DNA of 64,000 bases, from the NCBI GenBank assembly GCA_963749915.1, contig CAVVOP010000022.1, positions 128,001 through 192,000 of the forward strand, in the 5' to 3' direction. Position numbers and translations under genes: made by a program. Shown in pieces: positions 21,288 through 31,623 of this stretch (position 1 is the stretch's first letter; every line of letters begins with the position of its first letter). This DNA is from an uncultured cyanobacterium (lineage in GTDB: Bacteria > Cyanobacteriota > Cyanobacteriia > Cyanobacteriales > Cyanobacteriaceae). The notes beneath the pieces were generated by a model. It saw nothing but the letters and a program-made list of their open reading frames with translations. It did not search any database and had not been told where the DNA came from.

Positions 21288-23834
21288 ATGTTCACAGAAA
21301 AACTAGGCAAACAAACCAAACAAGGCAATCAAATCCAAGTAGAAGACGATCGCACCGGTTTAGACATCGAAACCCTACGTCGTGCCATGGCGGATAATCT
21401 CTATTATGTACAAGGTAAATTTCCCGAAATTGCTACCAGTCATGACTACTACATGGCATTAGCTTATACGGTGCGCGATCGCTTGTTGCAACATTGGCTC
21501 AACAGCACTCGGACTTACCTCCAAAGTAAAGTTAAGAAAGTTTGTTACCTCTCTGCGGAATTCCTTGTGGGTCCTCATTTAGGAAACAATCTAATTAATC
21601 TTGATATTTACGATAAAGTTAAACAAGCAGTAGAAGAGTCAGGACTTACCTTTCAAGAACTAATCGATATCGAGGAAGAACCAGGTTTAGGAAATGGTGG
21701 TTTGGGAAGATTAGCGGCTTGCTATCTTGATTCCCTTTCTACCTTAGAAATTCCCGCTATTGGTTACGGAATCCGCTATGAATTTGGTATTTTTGACCAA
21801 GAAATACGAGGTGGCTGGCAAGTAGAAATTACAGATAAATGGTTACAATATGGTAATCCTTGGGAAATAGCCCGTCCCGAAGCCTCTGTGTTGGTTAATT
21901 TTGGTGGTCATACAGAGGCTTATACTGACGATCAAGGTAATTATCGAGAGCGATGGGTTCCAGCTTACGTAGTTAAAGGAATACCCTATGACACTCCCAT
22001 TCTCGGCTATAAGGTTAATACTGCCAATACTATGCGCCTGTGGAGTTCTGAAGCCTGCGAAACCTTTGATTTTCAAAGATTCAATCAAGGAGACTACTAT
22101 GGGGCAGTTAATGATAAGGTGAAATCAGAAAACCTAAGTAAGGTACTATACCCCAATGATGAGCAAATTGAAGGCAAAGAATTGCGTTTAGAACAGCAAT
22201 ATTTTTTCGTTTCCTGTTCTCTTCAGGATATGATTCGGATTCACTTGAGTCAAAATCCAAATCTCGATAATTTTGAGCAACAGTGGGCGGTACAACTTAA
22301 CGATACTCACCCATCTGTAGCTGTAGCCGAATTAATGCGTTTATTGGTTGATGTCCATCACTATGAATGGAAAAAAGCCTGGGAAATTACGAATAAAACT
22401 TTTGCTTTTACCAACCATACTCTATTACCCGAAGCACTAGAAAAATGGCCTTTAAACATTTTTGGTAAATTACTTCCCCGTGTTCTGGAAATTATTTATG
22501 AAATTAACCGCAGATTCATGGATGAAGTTCGGATTAAATTTCCAGGGGATGAGGGAAAAACTTTTTCCCTTTCCCTAATTGATGAGGGTGGTGAAAGATA
22601 CGTGCGCATGGCTAATCTGGCTTGTGCTGGTTCCTCTGCTATTAATGGCGTAGCTGCATTGCACTCAGAGTTAGTTAAAGAAACCATACTGCACGATTTC
22701 TATCAGATGTATCCCGGCAAATTTACTAATGTTACCAATGGCGTAACTCCCCGTCGCTGGATGGTACTCAGTAATCCGCGATTGACTCAATTAATTAGTT
22801 CCAAAATTGGGGATGGTTGGATCAAAAATCTCCATGAACTACGTCAATTAGAGACCTATATTAGTAATGCTGAGTTTCGTAGCGATTGGCGAAAAGTCAA
22901 ACAAGCGGTTAAGCAAGATTTAGCAGATTATATTCAAGAAAAGGTCGGTATTACCGTGGATGCCAGTTCTCTTTTTGATGTGCAGGTCAAGCGGATTCAC
23001 GAATACAAGCGTCAACACCTCAATGCCTTACATATCATCACCCTCTACCATCGCCTAAAAAATAATCCTAATTTGGATATTCCTCCTCGTACTTTTATTT
23101 TCGGAGGCAAGGCGGCTCCTGGCTATTACATGGCCAAACGTATCATTAAATTAATTACGTCCATTGGTGATGTCGTTAATAATGATCCCGACATTGGCGA
23201 TCGCCTCAAAGTAGTGTTTATCCCTGATTATAACGTTACCCTGGGTCAACGAGTATATCCCGCAGCAGATCTTTCTGAGCAAATTTCTACGGCGGGGAAA
23301 GAAGCGTCCGGAACGGGAAATATGAAATTTTCCCTGAATGGGGCTTTAACTATCGGGACTTTAGATGGGGCTAATGTCGAAATTCGAGAGGAAGTAGGGG
23401 CAGAAAACTTCTTCCTTTTTGGCTTAACTACTCCAGAAGTAGAACAAACAAAAGCTCAGGGCTACTATCCTCGTGGTTACTATGAAGGCAACGAAGAATT
23501 GAGAGGAGTTCTCGATTCCCTTAGTTCGGGTTTCTTTTCCCATGGAGATACAGAAATGTTCCGCTCCATCGTCGATAATTTACTTTATGATGACCCTTAC
23601 TTATTGTTAGCTGATTATCAGTCTTATATTGATTGTCAGGATCAAGTATCTCAAGCCTATAAGGATCAAGAGCAATGGAGTCGTATGTCGATTCTCAATG
23701 TAGCTCGCATGGGTAAATTTTCTAGCGATCGCTCTATTCAGGAATATGCTGATAATATCTGGAAAGTTAAACCAGTGAAAGTAGAACTTCAAGATTATGC
23801 TCAAGCCAAAGCAGGATTGAAAGTTAATCGCTAA
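21288..23834 (+). CDS. glgP: Glycogen phosphorylase
   Basis: GNGGLGRLAAC, QLNDTHP, KRIHEYKRQ, EASGTGNMK (PLP lysine). Confidence 0.97.
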   Translation: MFTEKLGKQTKQGNQIQVEDDRTGLDIETLRRAMADNLYYVQGKFPEIATSHDYYMALAYTVRDRLLQHWLNSTRTYLQSKVKKVCYLSAEFLVGPHLGNNLINLDIYDKVKQAVEESGLTFQELIDIEEEPGLGNGGLGRLAACYLDSLSTLEIPAIGYGIRYEFGIFDQEIRGGWQVEITDKWLQYGNPWEIARPEASVLVNFGGHTEAYTDDQGNYRERWVPAYVVKGIPYDTPILGYKVNTANTMRLWSSEACETFDFQRFNQGDYYGAVNDKVKSENLSKVLYPNDEQIEGKELRLEQQYFFVSCSLQDMIRIHLSQNPNLDNFEQQWAVQLNDTHPSVAVAELMRLLVDVHHYEWKKAWEITNKTFAFTNHTLLPEALEKWPLNIFGKLLPRVLEIIYEINRRFMDEVRIKFPGDEGKTFSLSLIDEGGERYVRMANLACAGSSAINGVAALHSELVKETILHDFYQMYPGKFTNVTNGVTPRRWMVLSNPRLTQLISSKIGDGWIKNLHELRQLETYISNAEFRSDWRKVKQAVKQDLADYIQEKVGITVDASSLFDVQVKRIHEYKRQHLNALHIITLYHRLKNNPNLDIPPRTFIFGGKAAPGYYMAKRIIKLITSIGDVVNNDPDIGDRLKVVFIPDYNVTLGQRVYPAADLSEQISTAGKEASGTGNMKFSLNGALTIGTLDGANVEIREEVGAENFFLFGLTTPEVEQTKAQGYYPRGYYEGNEELRGVLDSLSSGFFSHGDTEMFRSIVDNLLYDDPYLLLADYQSYIDCQDQVSQAYKDQEQWSRMSILNVARMGKFSSDRSIQEYADNIWKVKPVKVELQDYAQAKAGLKVNR

Positions 23835-23847
23835 ATTAACAGTCTAA

Positions 23848-23885
23848 TAGACCTCTCCATAAATTATAATTTATGGAGAGGTCTA
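23848..23885. repeat. Perfect 38-bp palindrome after glgP (terminator or MITE-derived)
   Basis: TAGACCTCTCCATAAATTA|TAATTTATGGAGAGGTCTA. Confidence 0.8.
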
Positions 23886-23999
23886 ATAAGTATTTCAGCC
23901 CCTTTTTTCTCAAATGTGGTCGATGTCTAATTTTTAAACTACGGAATGAGGTCTTCTTGATAAAGAAACAAATAACGATAGAAAAGGAGAACTGTAACG

Positions 24000-24419
24000 G
24001 TGCCAGTTCGTGATTACTATCATGATGTTGTACGCAATGCTCTTCAAAAAGATGGTTGGACAATTACCCATGATCCCTATCGTTTAAAACTGACCAGAAA
24101 AAAGAATTTGTATATTGATTTAGGGGCAGAACAACTAATTGCTGCGGAAAAAGGTGTGCAAAAAATTGCTGTTGAAATCAAAAGTTTCCGCAGTGCCTCA
24201 GAAATGAAAGATTTAGAGGAAGCAGTAGGTCAATTTGTCTTGTATGAACACTTACTAATACGCTACGAACCAGAAAGAAAACTCTATCTAGCAGTTCCCG
24301 AAGATGTAAGAGAATCTGTCTTTGAAGAAGAAGCAGGACTTGTCTTAATCGAAGACAAAATTATTCGCCTTTTTACCTTTGACTTCAACCAAGAGGAGGT
24401 TATTAAATGGATACCTTAA
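24000..24419 (+). CDS. xisH: XisH family protein
   Basis: HDVVRNALQKDGWTITHDPY, IDLGAE, IAVEIKSF, RKLYLAVP. Confidence 0.92.
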   Translation: MPVRDYYHDVVRNALQKDGWTITHDPYRLKLTRKKNLYIDLGAEQLIAAEKGVQKIAVEIKSFRSASEMKDLEEAVGQFVLYEHLLIRYEPERKLYLAVPEDVRESVFEEEAGLVLIEDKIIRLFTFDFNQEEVIKWIP

Positions 24420-24748
24420 ACAAAACTCATCTGAAACAAGCAATTATTAAAGTCTTACAAGACTACATTGAATTTTTAGGTAATGACCCCGAAAGCGACC
24501 TTCAATTAATCATTGACGAAAAGAAAGATCACTATCTCCTAATTGAAATAGGTTGGCACAAAAATCAAAGGATTTACGGCAGTCTGATTCACATTGATAT
24601 CATTAACGAAAAAATATGGCTCCAACAAGACGGTACCGAAGAAGGAGTTGCCAACGAACTGGTAAAACAAGGCATTTCACCCCAACAAATTGTCCTCGCC
24701 TTTAAAACCTTAGAACGTCGTAGAATTACCGACTTTGCTGTTTCTTAA
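24407..24748 (+). CDS. xisI: XisI family protein
   Basis: HYLL..GW, IHIDI...KIWLQQDGTEEGVANELV..GI....IVLAF. Confidence 0.92.
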   Translation: MDTLNKTHLKQAIIKVLQDYIEFLGNDPESDLQLIIDEKKDHYLLIEIGWHKNQRIYGSLIHIDIINEKIWLQQDGTEEGVANELVKQGISPQQIVLAFKTLERRRITDFAVS

Positions 24749-24950
24749 ACCAGCAATGAATTATTGATGAAGAGGGATTAATTCATTAGAGTCAATTACC
24801 TCTGATAGTACCTGAGTTCGATATAAGAAAATAGTCTCAAACTCTTAACTTATATGAGTTTTGGGTTTATACTATTTTTCGCTATTTTACAATTCTTAAT
24901 GTATTAAAAGTTCTACCCAGATTAATAAGTTAATTTTTCTGAATATTTTT

Positions 24951-25299
24951 GGTTCTTCTACAGTAGCTATGATACATTTTTAAGATACAGACCAATTTAA
25001 TAAGATTCTTCGCCTAAAATTATCAAAATTTGTCATGCCATAAGCTCTTCTCTTAATCAGCTTAATTTTTTGGTTAATTCCTTCTACTATACCTTGACTT
25101 GTTCTGTTGTCAAAATAGCCTAATATTTCATCTAGCCATCTTCTTTATTTTTAATTTCTGAAGCTGACCTTTTTTGCTTTTTTCGCATCAGATCTAATTC
25201 TTCATTTATTTGTTTCATTACATGGAATCTATCTGCCACTATATTGGCATTTGGCATTAACTCCAATGCCAAAGTTTTATATCCTATCCACAAGTCTAT
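24951..25299 (-). mobile_element. ISL3 family transposase remnant, internally deleted
   Basis: Minus-strand fragments IDLWIGYK...[21 protein letters not shown] and GIVEGINQKIKLIKRRAYG..NF.NFRRRILL; GGTTCTT terminus at 24951. Confidence 0.85.
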
Positions 25300-25465
25300 T
25301 CAGCTACAAAATATATCACAAATAGTGCATTCTCGTCACAGAAGTCCAATTAATTTTTTAGTGAATGCCGTGGCAGGATTAATAGCTTATACATGGCAAG
25401 AGAAAAAACCAAAATTGCAATTAGAAAAAGATGAGATAAATTTATTATCTGCATTAGTAATTTAA
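25300..25465 (+). mobile_element. IS982-like transposase C-terminal remnant
   Basis: [37 protein letters not shown]; an ACCTGAGTTCGAT end-like motif lies near 24810. Confidence 0.75.
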
Positions 25466-25667
25466 TTTTTTATCCATATAAAAATAAATAAAATTAAGCT
25501 AAAAATGGTTATTTTAGCTGTGATTTGTTCTGGGTATTTGTTGTTGAAAATTAACATAAAGGTCAAAATACTTGACATACCTTATTTTCAGTTTTATTGT
25601 TACATCGCTTAGGTGTTAAGGGTAACGGCTAAATTCAAATGGGATTATTGAAACTGTAATTGCAGTG

Positions 25668-25750
25668 ACCTAACCCAGCCCAGATCTCATCGCGCAAATT
25701 TGAACGGACGGAAATTAATTGTTTGGTTGTTCAGCCTTAGAGTGTTAGAT
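25668..25750 (-). other. Degenerate attC-like site 2
   Basis: Minus strand ATCTAAC ... CCGTCCGTTCAAATTTG ... GTTAGGT gives an RYYYAAC/GTTRRRY pair; internal pairing is poor. Confidence 0.35.
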
Positions 25751-25798
25751 CCCATAATAAAGCAATCGATTTTGAAAATTAACCATAAAAATGCGATT

Positions 25799-25869
25799 AT
25801 ACTAATCAGTATGACGTCACCGGCAATTTTGTGACAGCGGAAAAATGTCAGGTACACAATTTGTTATGT
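25799..25869 (-). other. Degenerate attC-like site 1 at the end of the McrBC cassette
   Basis: Minus strand ACATAACAAATTGTGTACCTGAC-ATTTTTCCGCTGTCACAAAATT-GCCGGTGACGTCATACTGATTAG follows mcrC; the R' GTT is degenerate. Confidence 0.5.
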
Positions 25870-27319
25870 GTATTGGCGACGAACCTTCATAATGAACCAT
25901 TTCACTGACGACTTCATTAATGCCGTTTTGACTAACTTTATCAGCTTTTACTTCTATTTCCAATCATTGTAACGTTTCGTAACTGCTAATTCCCCAATCT
26001 TCATACTTGCAACCTGTCTTACTGATATGAATGTAGCCTGATCTTGATGTAAGTCGTGTCTGTGGTGCTTTACCTTTTAGTGACATCACTTTGGTCAATA
26101 CTTGTTCGTATAGAATTCGATTTGTATTAAATGGCGTATCTCTATAAAAACCAAAACATTTTGGGAATAATTGCTGAATGACAATTGGAACAGGAATGTA
26201 AACTTCATCATGATGTTATCTCTACCTCCAGCAGTCACTGGTTTAAGCCCTTTTTTCAATGAAACGTTTGAGTTTCGACATAAAGAGGTAAAAAAACAGT
26301 TTTTTCTATTTTTGCGCACTTGCTTTACTACTAGGATATGTTGCAAAGCACTTTTGCAAATCAATCAATGGGTCTTGTAAAATGTCAACATCGAACTCAA
26401 AAAGCGTATTTTCTGTTTTACAAGGTTATAGTTTAAAGTCCTTTGGCTTGATACATTGCAGGACATAATCAGTTGGACTCATCGTTGAAAACCGGATTGT
26501 AACTTTTATTAGCTTGATATTCTGGTTTGTCGATGATCAACCCATCCGTTTGCTTTCAAGGAAACTCTAAATTTACCTTTATCTCGTAATACGCAGTGTT
26601 CAATTGATTTTTCAAGATTGTGGGTATTTTCAGTGAAAGCAATTCTACTGTTTACAAATGTCAAAGACACATCTAATTTCAGAATATTCAGTATGAAACT
26701 CACTTAAAACATTTGTTCTTGCCGGAAAATTTAACCTGTTTTCTACTTTGTATTCGTTGTTGATATATTTTGTCGCAATTAATTTGACCAGTAGGCTGAC
26801 TTAAAACCTTTGTCAATATTGTCAAACTTTCTCGCACGGTGTCATTGTCAGTTTTTCAAGAGCTGCTATGAATTTTACAGCTTCCAAGTACAATGGCGGT
26901 CTGAAATTCTTGCCTGATGACAATGGTAAACTGTCAATGACCTCTGGACTAATTTCAGTTCCAAGTAGGTTCAGAATTTCAATATAGTCCTCAAATCTGT
27001 CACGCCCGGCAAACCTAGGCATAACTACAAAATCACCAATTTGCTTTCCAGTGTCAGAAGCTCTCAAAGGAATAGAGCCAATGAAACCTGATGAACGGAA
27101 TGTTAGTGCAGTGCTTTGGTCTGAGCCCATTATGTATGGCTGAACACCTAGGAATTTAAATTGCTCAGAGTTGTAGTCAATAAATTTCTGGAGATATTGA
27201 CCAATAATTCTTTTGTCTGCTGACTTAAACCACTTTTTTTGCAAGGCAACTCCACCAAACTGTTTTGATTGTTCAGTTAGGCAAGGAATTTCGCAAAAAA
27301 CATCTAATGGCTTTGTCAT
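25870..27319 (-). pseudogene. mcrC: McrC-like restriction subunit, multiply frameshifted
   Basis: Directly follows mcrB. N-terminal ORF 26822-27319, with downstream out-of-frame fragments resembling VFIDAKYK and HRHDLHQ. Confidence 0.6.
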
Positions 27320-28708
27320 TCGAAAAGAGATAGATTTATTCTAGTAGAGAAATAGTTATTGAATTCTTCTTTAGCATTTCGTAAAAGTCCTTCTTGTAGA
27401 TATTCTTTTATCAAGGGGAATATTTGCATAGCGAATGCGATTTTTCATTTCGTCCTCGGAGTCAGCAATGAAGTAGCCTTGACCAGGTTGCAAGTTCAAT
27501 TCAGTACTTAAGGCATACCAGTCAAAAATTTCTTGAATCCTGCTAAAGTCTTCGTTGTAAAACTGTCTCGACTTTATGGCTTTTGGCTTTAAAGTGTACC
27601 AGGCAAAACGTCTTCTAAGTGCAAAGTCAACAACGGCCAAACTTCTATCGGCAGTGTTCGATAGTTGAAATTACAGAAAAGTTATCAGGCAGTTGCTTTA
27701 CCTTGAAGTTGGGAGCAATTTCAATCTCAACATTTGAAACGTCCATCTTATGTTCAAAAAGGTAAAAAATAGGTCCCAATACATTTGAAAGATTGGCTCT
27801 GTTTATTTCATCTATGATAAGGGTAACTTTTTCATCTTTGTGGTCAATGGCAGTATTTTAAGGCCTCTGAAAAACTACCTAAATTTTCTTTATATCTCAG
27901 TTCTTCGTTTGCTGTGTCTGGTCTAATTCCGAAAATAAGATCGGAGAAACTTGTCTCTGCGTGAAATTGAGTGAAGAATGTTTTTGCGCCTATTTTTTCG
28001 GCAACAACTTTTTGCAGTCCTTGTTTTTCCAGTTCCAGGAGGCCCTTGAAGAACAATGTACTTTCTTTCGTTTAAGAGATTTTTTACTTCTTCAGATTCA
28101 TCTAGTTGTTTCTGTTTTAAAAATGGCTCTAAAGCTTCTGAAACTGCTTTCCGATGGTCTTTGTTAGAAGGCCAATCTCTAAGCTTTGCATAACCTGCGA
28201 CAAAAGCTGCAATAATTTGTTTTCCGTCTTCGCTTTCTGGGTCGTCAACTATTTGACAGGTTGGTAAAACTTTGGTGTAAGTTTTAATCGTGTTTTTTAT
28301 ATGTTGTAAATCCAGACTGCCAGTGATTGATTTTGGTAGACTAGTTTCGATGTCTGAAAAATCAGATTTGCAAAATCCTCTTTCGTTAGTCAGCTTTGAA
28401 AATAATCTTCTAAGTCCTGGATAGGTTGCAAGTTCGTAGTCATTTTTGAAACCACTGGACCCAATTCCAAGACATACTAACCAAGGTTTATTTTGGTCGT
28501 TTGGAAAAATTGTCAATGAAAAGTCGTGGAAAGGGCCGGACGCTTCTTCCTCTGGATGGATAAATCCAAAATACGCTCCGTTGTCTTTAAGTGCTTCCTG
28601 TCCGGTGTTGTTTCGTTCAACATAAGGTTTGTTGAATTCGTTGTTTGTCTTGGCACCGAATTGTTCCGCTTTTTCTTTTATGAATTGTCTAATGTTTTCT
28701 ATGCTCAT
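27316..28708 (-). pseudogene. mcrB: McrB-like AAA+ GTPase, frameshifted
   Basis: GPPGTGKT, TQFH, LIIDEINRANL and NTADRSLAVVDFALRRRF are spread over several frames. Confidence 0.85.
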
Positions 28709-28724
28709 AAAACGTCCTTACGAT

Positions 28725-28731
28725 GCCTAAC
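28725..28731 (-). other. attI-like core GTTAGGC
   Basis: Minus strand CTAATAAATA-GTTAGGC lies 16 nt before the mcrB ATG, between the divergent intI and the first cassette. Confidence 0.6.
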
Positions 28732-28919
28732 TATTTATTAGACCGAAACTTTCCTGATAGTCAGCCCTTATGGAACAAAAAAACGAAACTTTCTGGATAT
28801 TCACCCCAATGAAAATAATATCAAGAAATTTTCCGTATTTTCTTTGATGATAGCCAGAAACTTTCTGGGTATCATACCAAATAGTCATAATATCAAGACT
28901 TTTTCTGAATATCATTACC

Positions 28920-29249
28920 ATGGAAAAACCTCCTAAAAAATTGCTCGAACAGGTTAGCGATATAATTCGTCTGAAACATTACTCTTACAAAACTGAAAAA
29001 AGTTACGTTAATTGGATTAAACGCTATATCCTATTCCATAATAAACGGCATCCCAAAGGGTTCAGTTTATTTACCATTTGCCTTGGAGAGAAAATATAAA
29101 AATGCAGATCGAGAATGGATATGGCAGTTTGTGTTTCCTTCCCATCGAATTTCACAAGATCCTCGTAGGAAAGTTTTTCGTCGTCTATGATTTATACTCA
29201 TGTCCTAAATCGAGGTGGGAGAGGTGTTATAAGTCCTCTTGATCCATGA
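28920..29249 (+). pseudogene. intI: Integron integrase remnant, internally deleted
   Basis: [46 protein letters not shown] / [31 protein letters not shown] (IntI-specific insertion) / [19 protein letters not shown]. Confidence 0.9.
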
Positions 29250-29454
29250 GCAACTTCAATTAATGGGATTATAATGCAGCGATCGCTTTTCATAATACAA
29301 TTAGTTTGGCTGAGGTATCGCCAGTTTCACAGGTGACTATAGCGATTTAAGTATTTACGATATTTATACAGCAGAAGGGGATTTTGGTGATGGTGAACAA
29401 TTGACAATTAATGTAATGATGTTCATAGTTATGAGACAATTGATAATGTTCATA

Positions 29455-29533
29455 AGACCTCTTGCAAAAGTCTAATTTTGTGAGGCAAAATCAATATTTT
29501 CAGACCTTGTTCTGGTATTTATGCAAGAGGTCT
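29455..29533. mobile_element. MITE-like element with 12-bp TIRs
   Basis: AGACCTCTTGCA ... TGCAAGAGGTCT. Confidence 0.6.
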
Positions 29534-29703
29534 ATAGTTATGAGGATGACGGTGTTTATGTTGTCACCTTAAAAATGACAAATAATGATACTGGAAGCAG
29601 TAGTGATACATAACCTATAGCTGGTATTGTAAGCAACTGTTGATTAGTGCGTAATATCAGATATTTAATAAACCAGATACTTTAATATTTAAAAAGATTA
29701 ACC

Positions 29704-31623
29704 ATGAACTTTGTAACCAAAAATACTTTCCCGATCGATCTAAACGCATATAAACTCCTGACATTAGATCCAACTATCCCTAGTTTGACTGATCAGCAAA
29801 GAAAAGATCTTCAAGCTAATATTAAATTGTGTCGAGATGCCATCGTCTTTTTTACAGCGACAGGAGCTGCCAAAGGAGTTGGAGGACACACAGGAGGGCC
29901 TTATGATACTGTTCCTGAAGTCATGATTTTAGACGCTTTCTTTCGGGGAAATCCTGATAAATTTGTCCCCATCTTTTTTGATGAAGCAGGACACCGAGTT
30001 GGCACTCAATATCTCATGGCAGTTTTGCATGGCGAACTTCCCGCCGAAAAACTACTCCATTATCGAGAAGCTCATTCTCAACTGCCCGGACACCCAGAAT
30101 TAGGACTTACCCCTGGAGTTAAGTTTAGCTCAGGACGATTGGGACATCTTTGGCCATACGTTAATGGTATAGCCATGGCTAACCCCGAGAAGATAGTCTT
30201 CTGTCTAGGTTCTGATGGGGCACAGCAGGAAGGAGATGATGCGGAGGCAGCTCGGTTTGCTGTTGCCCATAATCTCAATGTCAAATTGATTATTGATGAT
30301 AATGATGTCACTATTGCTGGTCATCCTTCTGAGTATCAACCTGGCTATGATATTTCTCGTACTTTGGGTGGACACGGGCTGGCTACTATTAGTGGAGATG
30401 GAGAAGATCTCGACAATCTCTATAGTCGTCTTTGTCAAGCAGTTAGTAGCGACGGGCCTATGGCTGTGATTAACAAGCGCAAAATGTGTGTCGGTATTGA
30501 CGGGTTAGAAGGTTCACCTCATGGACATGACGTAATTTCAGTGGATCTGGCGATCGCTTATTTAGAAAAACGAGGACAAGATGAAGCGGCGAATTACCTC
30601 AAAGGTATTCCTAAGCTGAAGAATCCTGATGTCTTCCTTGGCTCTGGTAGCCAGATGGGATCAAACCGTAATATCTTCGGTGATAGTGTAGTCTCAGTTC
30701 TCAGTTCCATGAGTGAAGAGGAACGGAAGCAGAAGGTACTTTGTGTCGATAGTGACTTGGAAGGTTCCTGCGGACTAGCACAAATTCGTAAAGCCTATCC
30801 AGAAATTTTCGTCAGTGGTGGCATTATGGAGCGGGCTAATTTTTCTGCGGCGGCTGGCTTCGGTATGGAAGAGGGTAAGCAAGGTATCTTTGCCACTTTT
30901 AGTGCCTTTCTGGAAATGTGTATCTCGGAAATTACCATGGCACGACTAAATGGCTCTAATGTCCTCTGTCACTTCTCCCACGCTGGCATTGACGATATGG
31001 CAGACAACACCTGTCACTTTGGTCTCAATAACTTTTTTGCTGACAATGGACTAGAAGAGGACGATCAAACCCGCCTTTACTTCCCTGCCGATGCCAACCA
31101 GATGAAAGCCTGTGTAGAAAAAGTGTTCTTCGATTTAGGAATGCGTTTTATTTTCTCCACTCGTTCTAAAGTTCCTAATATTCTTGATTCTGAAGGCAAG
31201 GATTTTTATGGGGATCACTATCAGTTTGTGCCTGACAAGGATGAAGTTATCCGAGAAGGAACTGCTGGCTACATAGTCAGTTTTGGAGAGTCTCTTTATC
31301 GTGCTTTGGATGCAGTAGAGCGGCTTAAACAAGAGGGAATCGATGTGGGCTTAATTAATAAACCCACCCTCAATGTAGTCGATGAGGAAATGATGGAAAA
31401 AATCGGTCAATCCCCTTTTGTAATGGTAGTCGAATCATTTAACCGTCGCACAGGATTAGGTAGTCGTTTTGGCTCTTGGTTATTAGAGCGAGGACTAACA
31501 CCAAAATATGCCTACTTGGGTACTTACCGAGAAGGATGTGGAGGTCTGTGGGAGCAATTTCCCCATCAAGGCATTGACCCTGAAGGAATCATGAGTCATG
31601 TCAAAGGATTGATCGCCAATTAA
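29704..31623 (+). CDS. Transketolase-family TPP enzyme, divergent type
   Basis: GGHTGG, GHPE, SGRLGH, GSDGAQQEGDDAE (TPP motif), DSDLEGS, GIMER. Confidence 0.85.
   Translation: MNFVTKNTFPIDLNAYKLLTLDPTIPSLTDQQRKDLQANIKLCRDAIVFFTATGAAKGVGGHTGGPYDTVPEVMILDAFFRGNPDKFVPIFFDEAGHRVGTQYLMAVLHGELPAEKLLHYREAHSQLPGHPELGLTPGVKFSSGRLGHLWPYVNGIAMANPEKIVFCLGSDGAQQEGDDAEAARFAVAHNLNVKLIIDDNDVTIAGHPSEYQPGYDISRTLGGHGLATISGDGEDLDNLYSRLCQAVSSDGPMAVINKRKMCVGIDGLEGSPHGHDVISVDLAIAYLEKRGQDEAANYLKGIPKLKNPDVFLGSGSQMGSNRNIFGDSVVSVLSSMSEEERKQKVLCVDSDLEGSCGLAQIRKAYPEIFVSGGIMERANFSAAAGFGMEEGKQGIFATFSAFLEMCISEITMARLNGSNVLCHFSHAGIDDMADNTCHFGLNNFFADNGLEEDDQTRLYFPADANQMKACVEKVFFDLGMRFIFSTRSKVPNILDSEGKDFYGDHYQFVPDKDEVIREGTAGYIVSFGESLYRALDAVERLKQEGIDVGLINKPTLNVVDEEMMEKIGQSPFVMVVESFNRRTGLGSRFGSWLLERGLTPKYAYLGTYREGCGGLWEQFPHQGIDPEGIMSHVKGLIAN

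Noticed and set aside
24000..24748. xisH/xisI as evidence of an fdxN excision element
   Set aside because: No XisF serine recombinase or interrupted nif gene nearby; stand-alone pairs are common in cyanobacteria.
25640..25720. Single ATTGAAAC and leader-like sequence suggesting a second CRISPR array
   Set aside because: No periodic repeats; the region is better explained as attC-like or IS debris.
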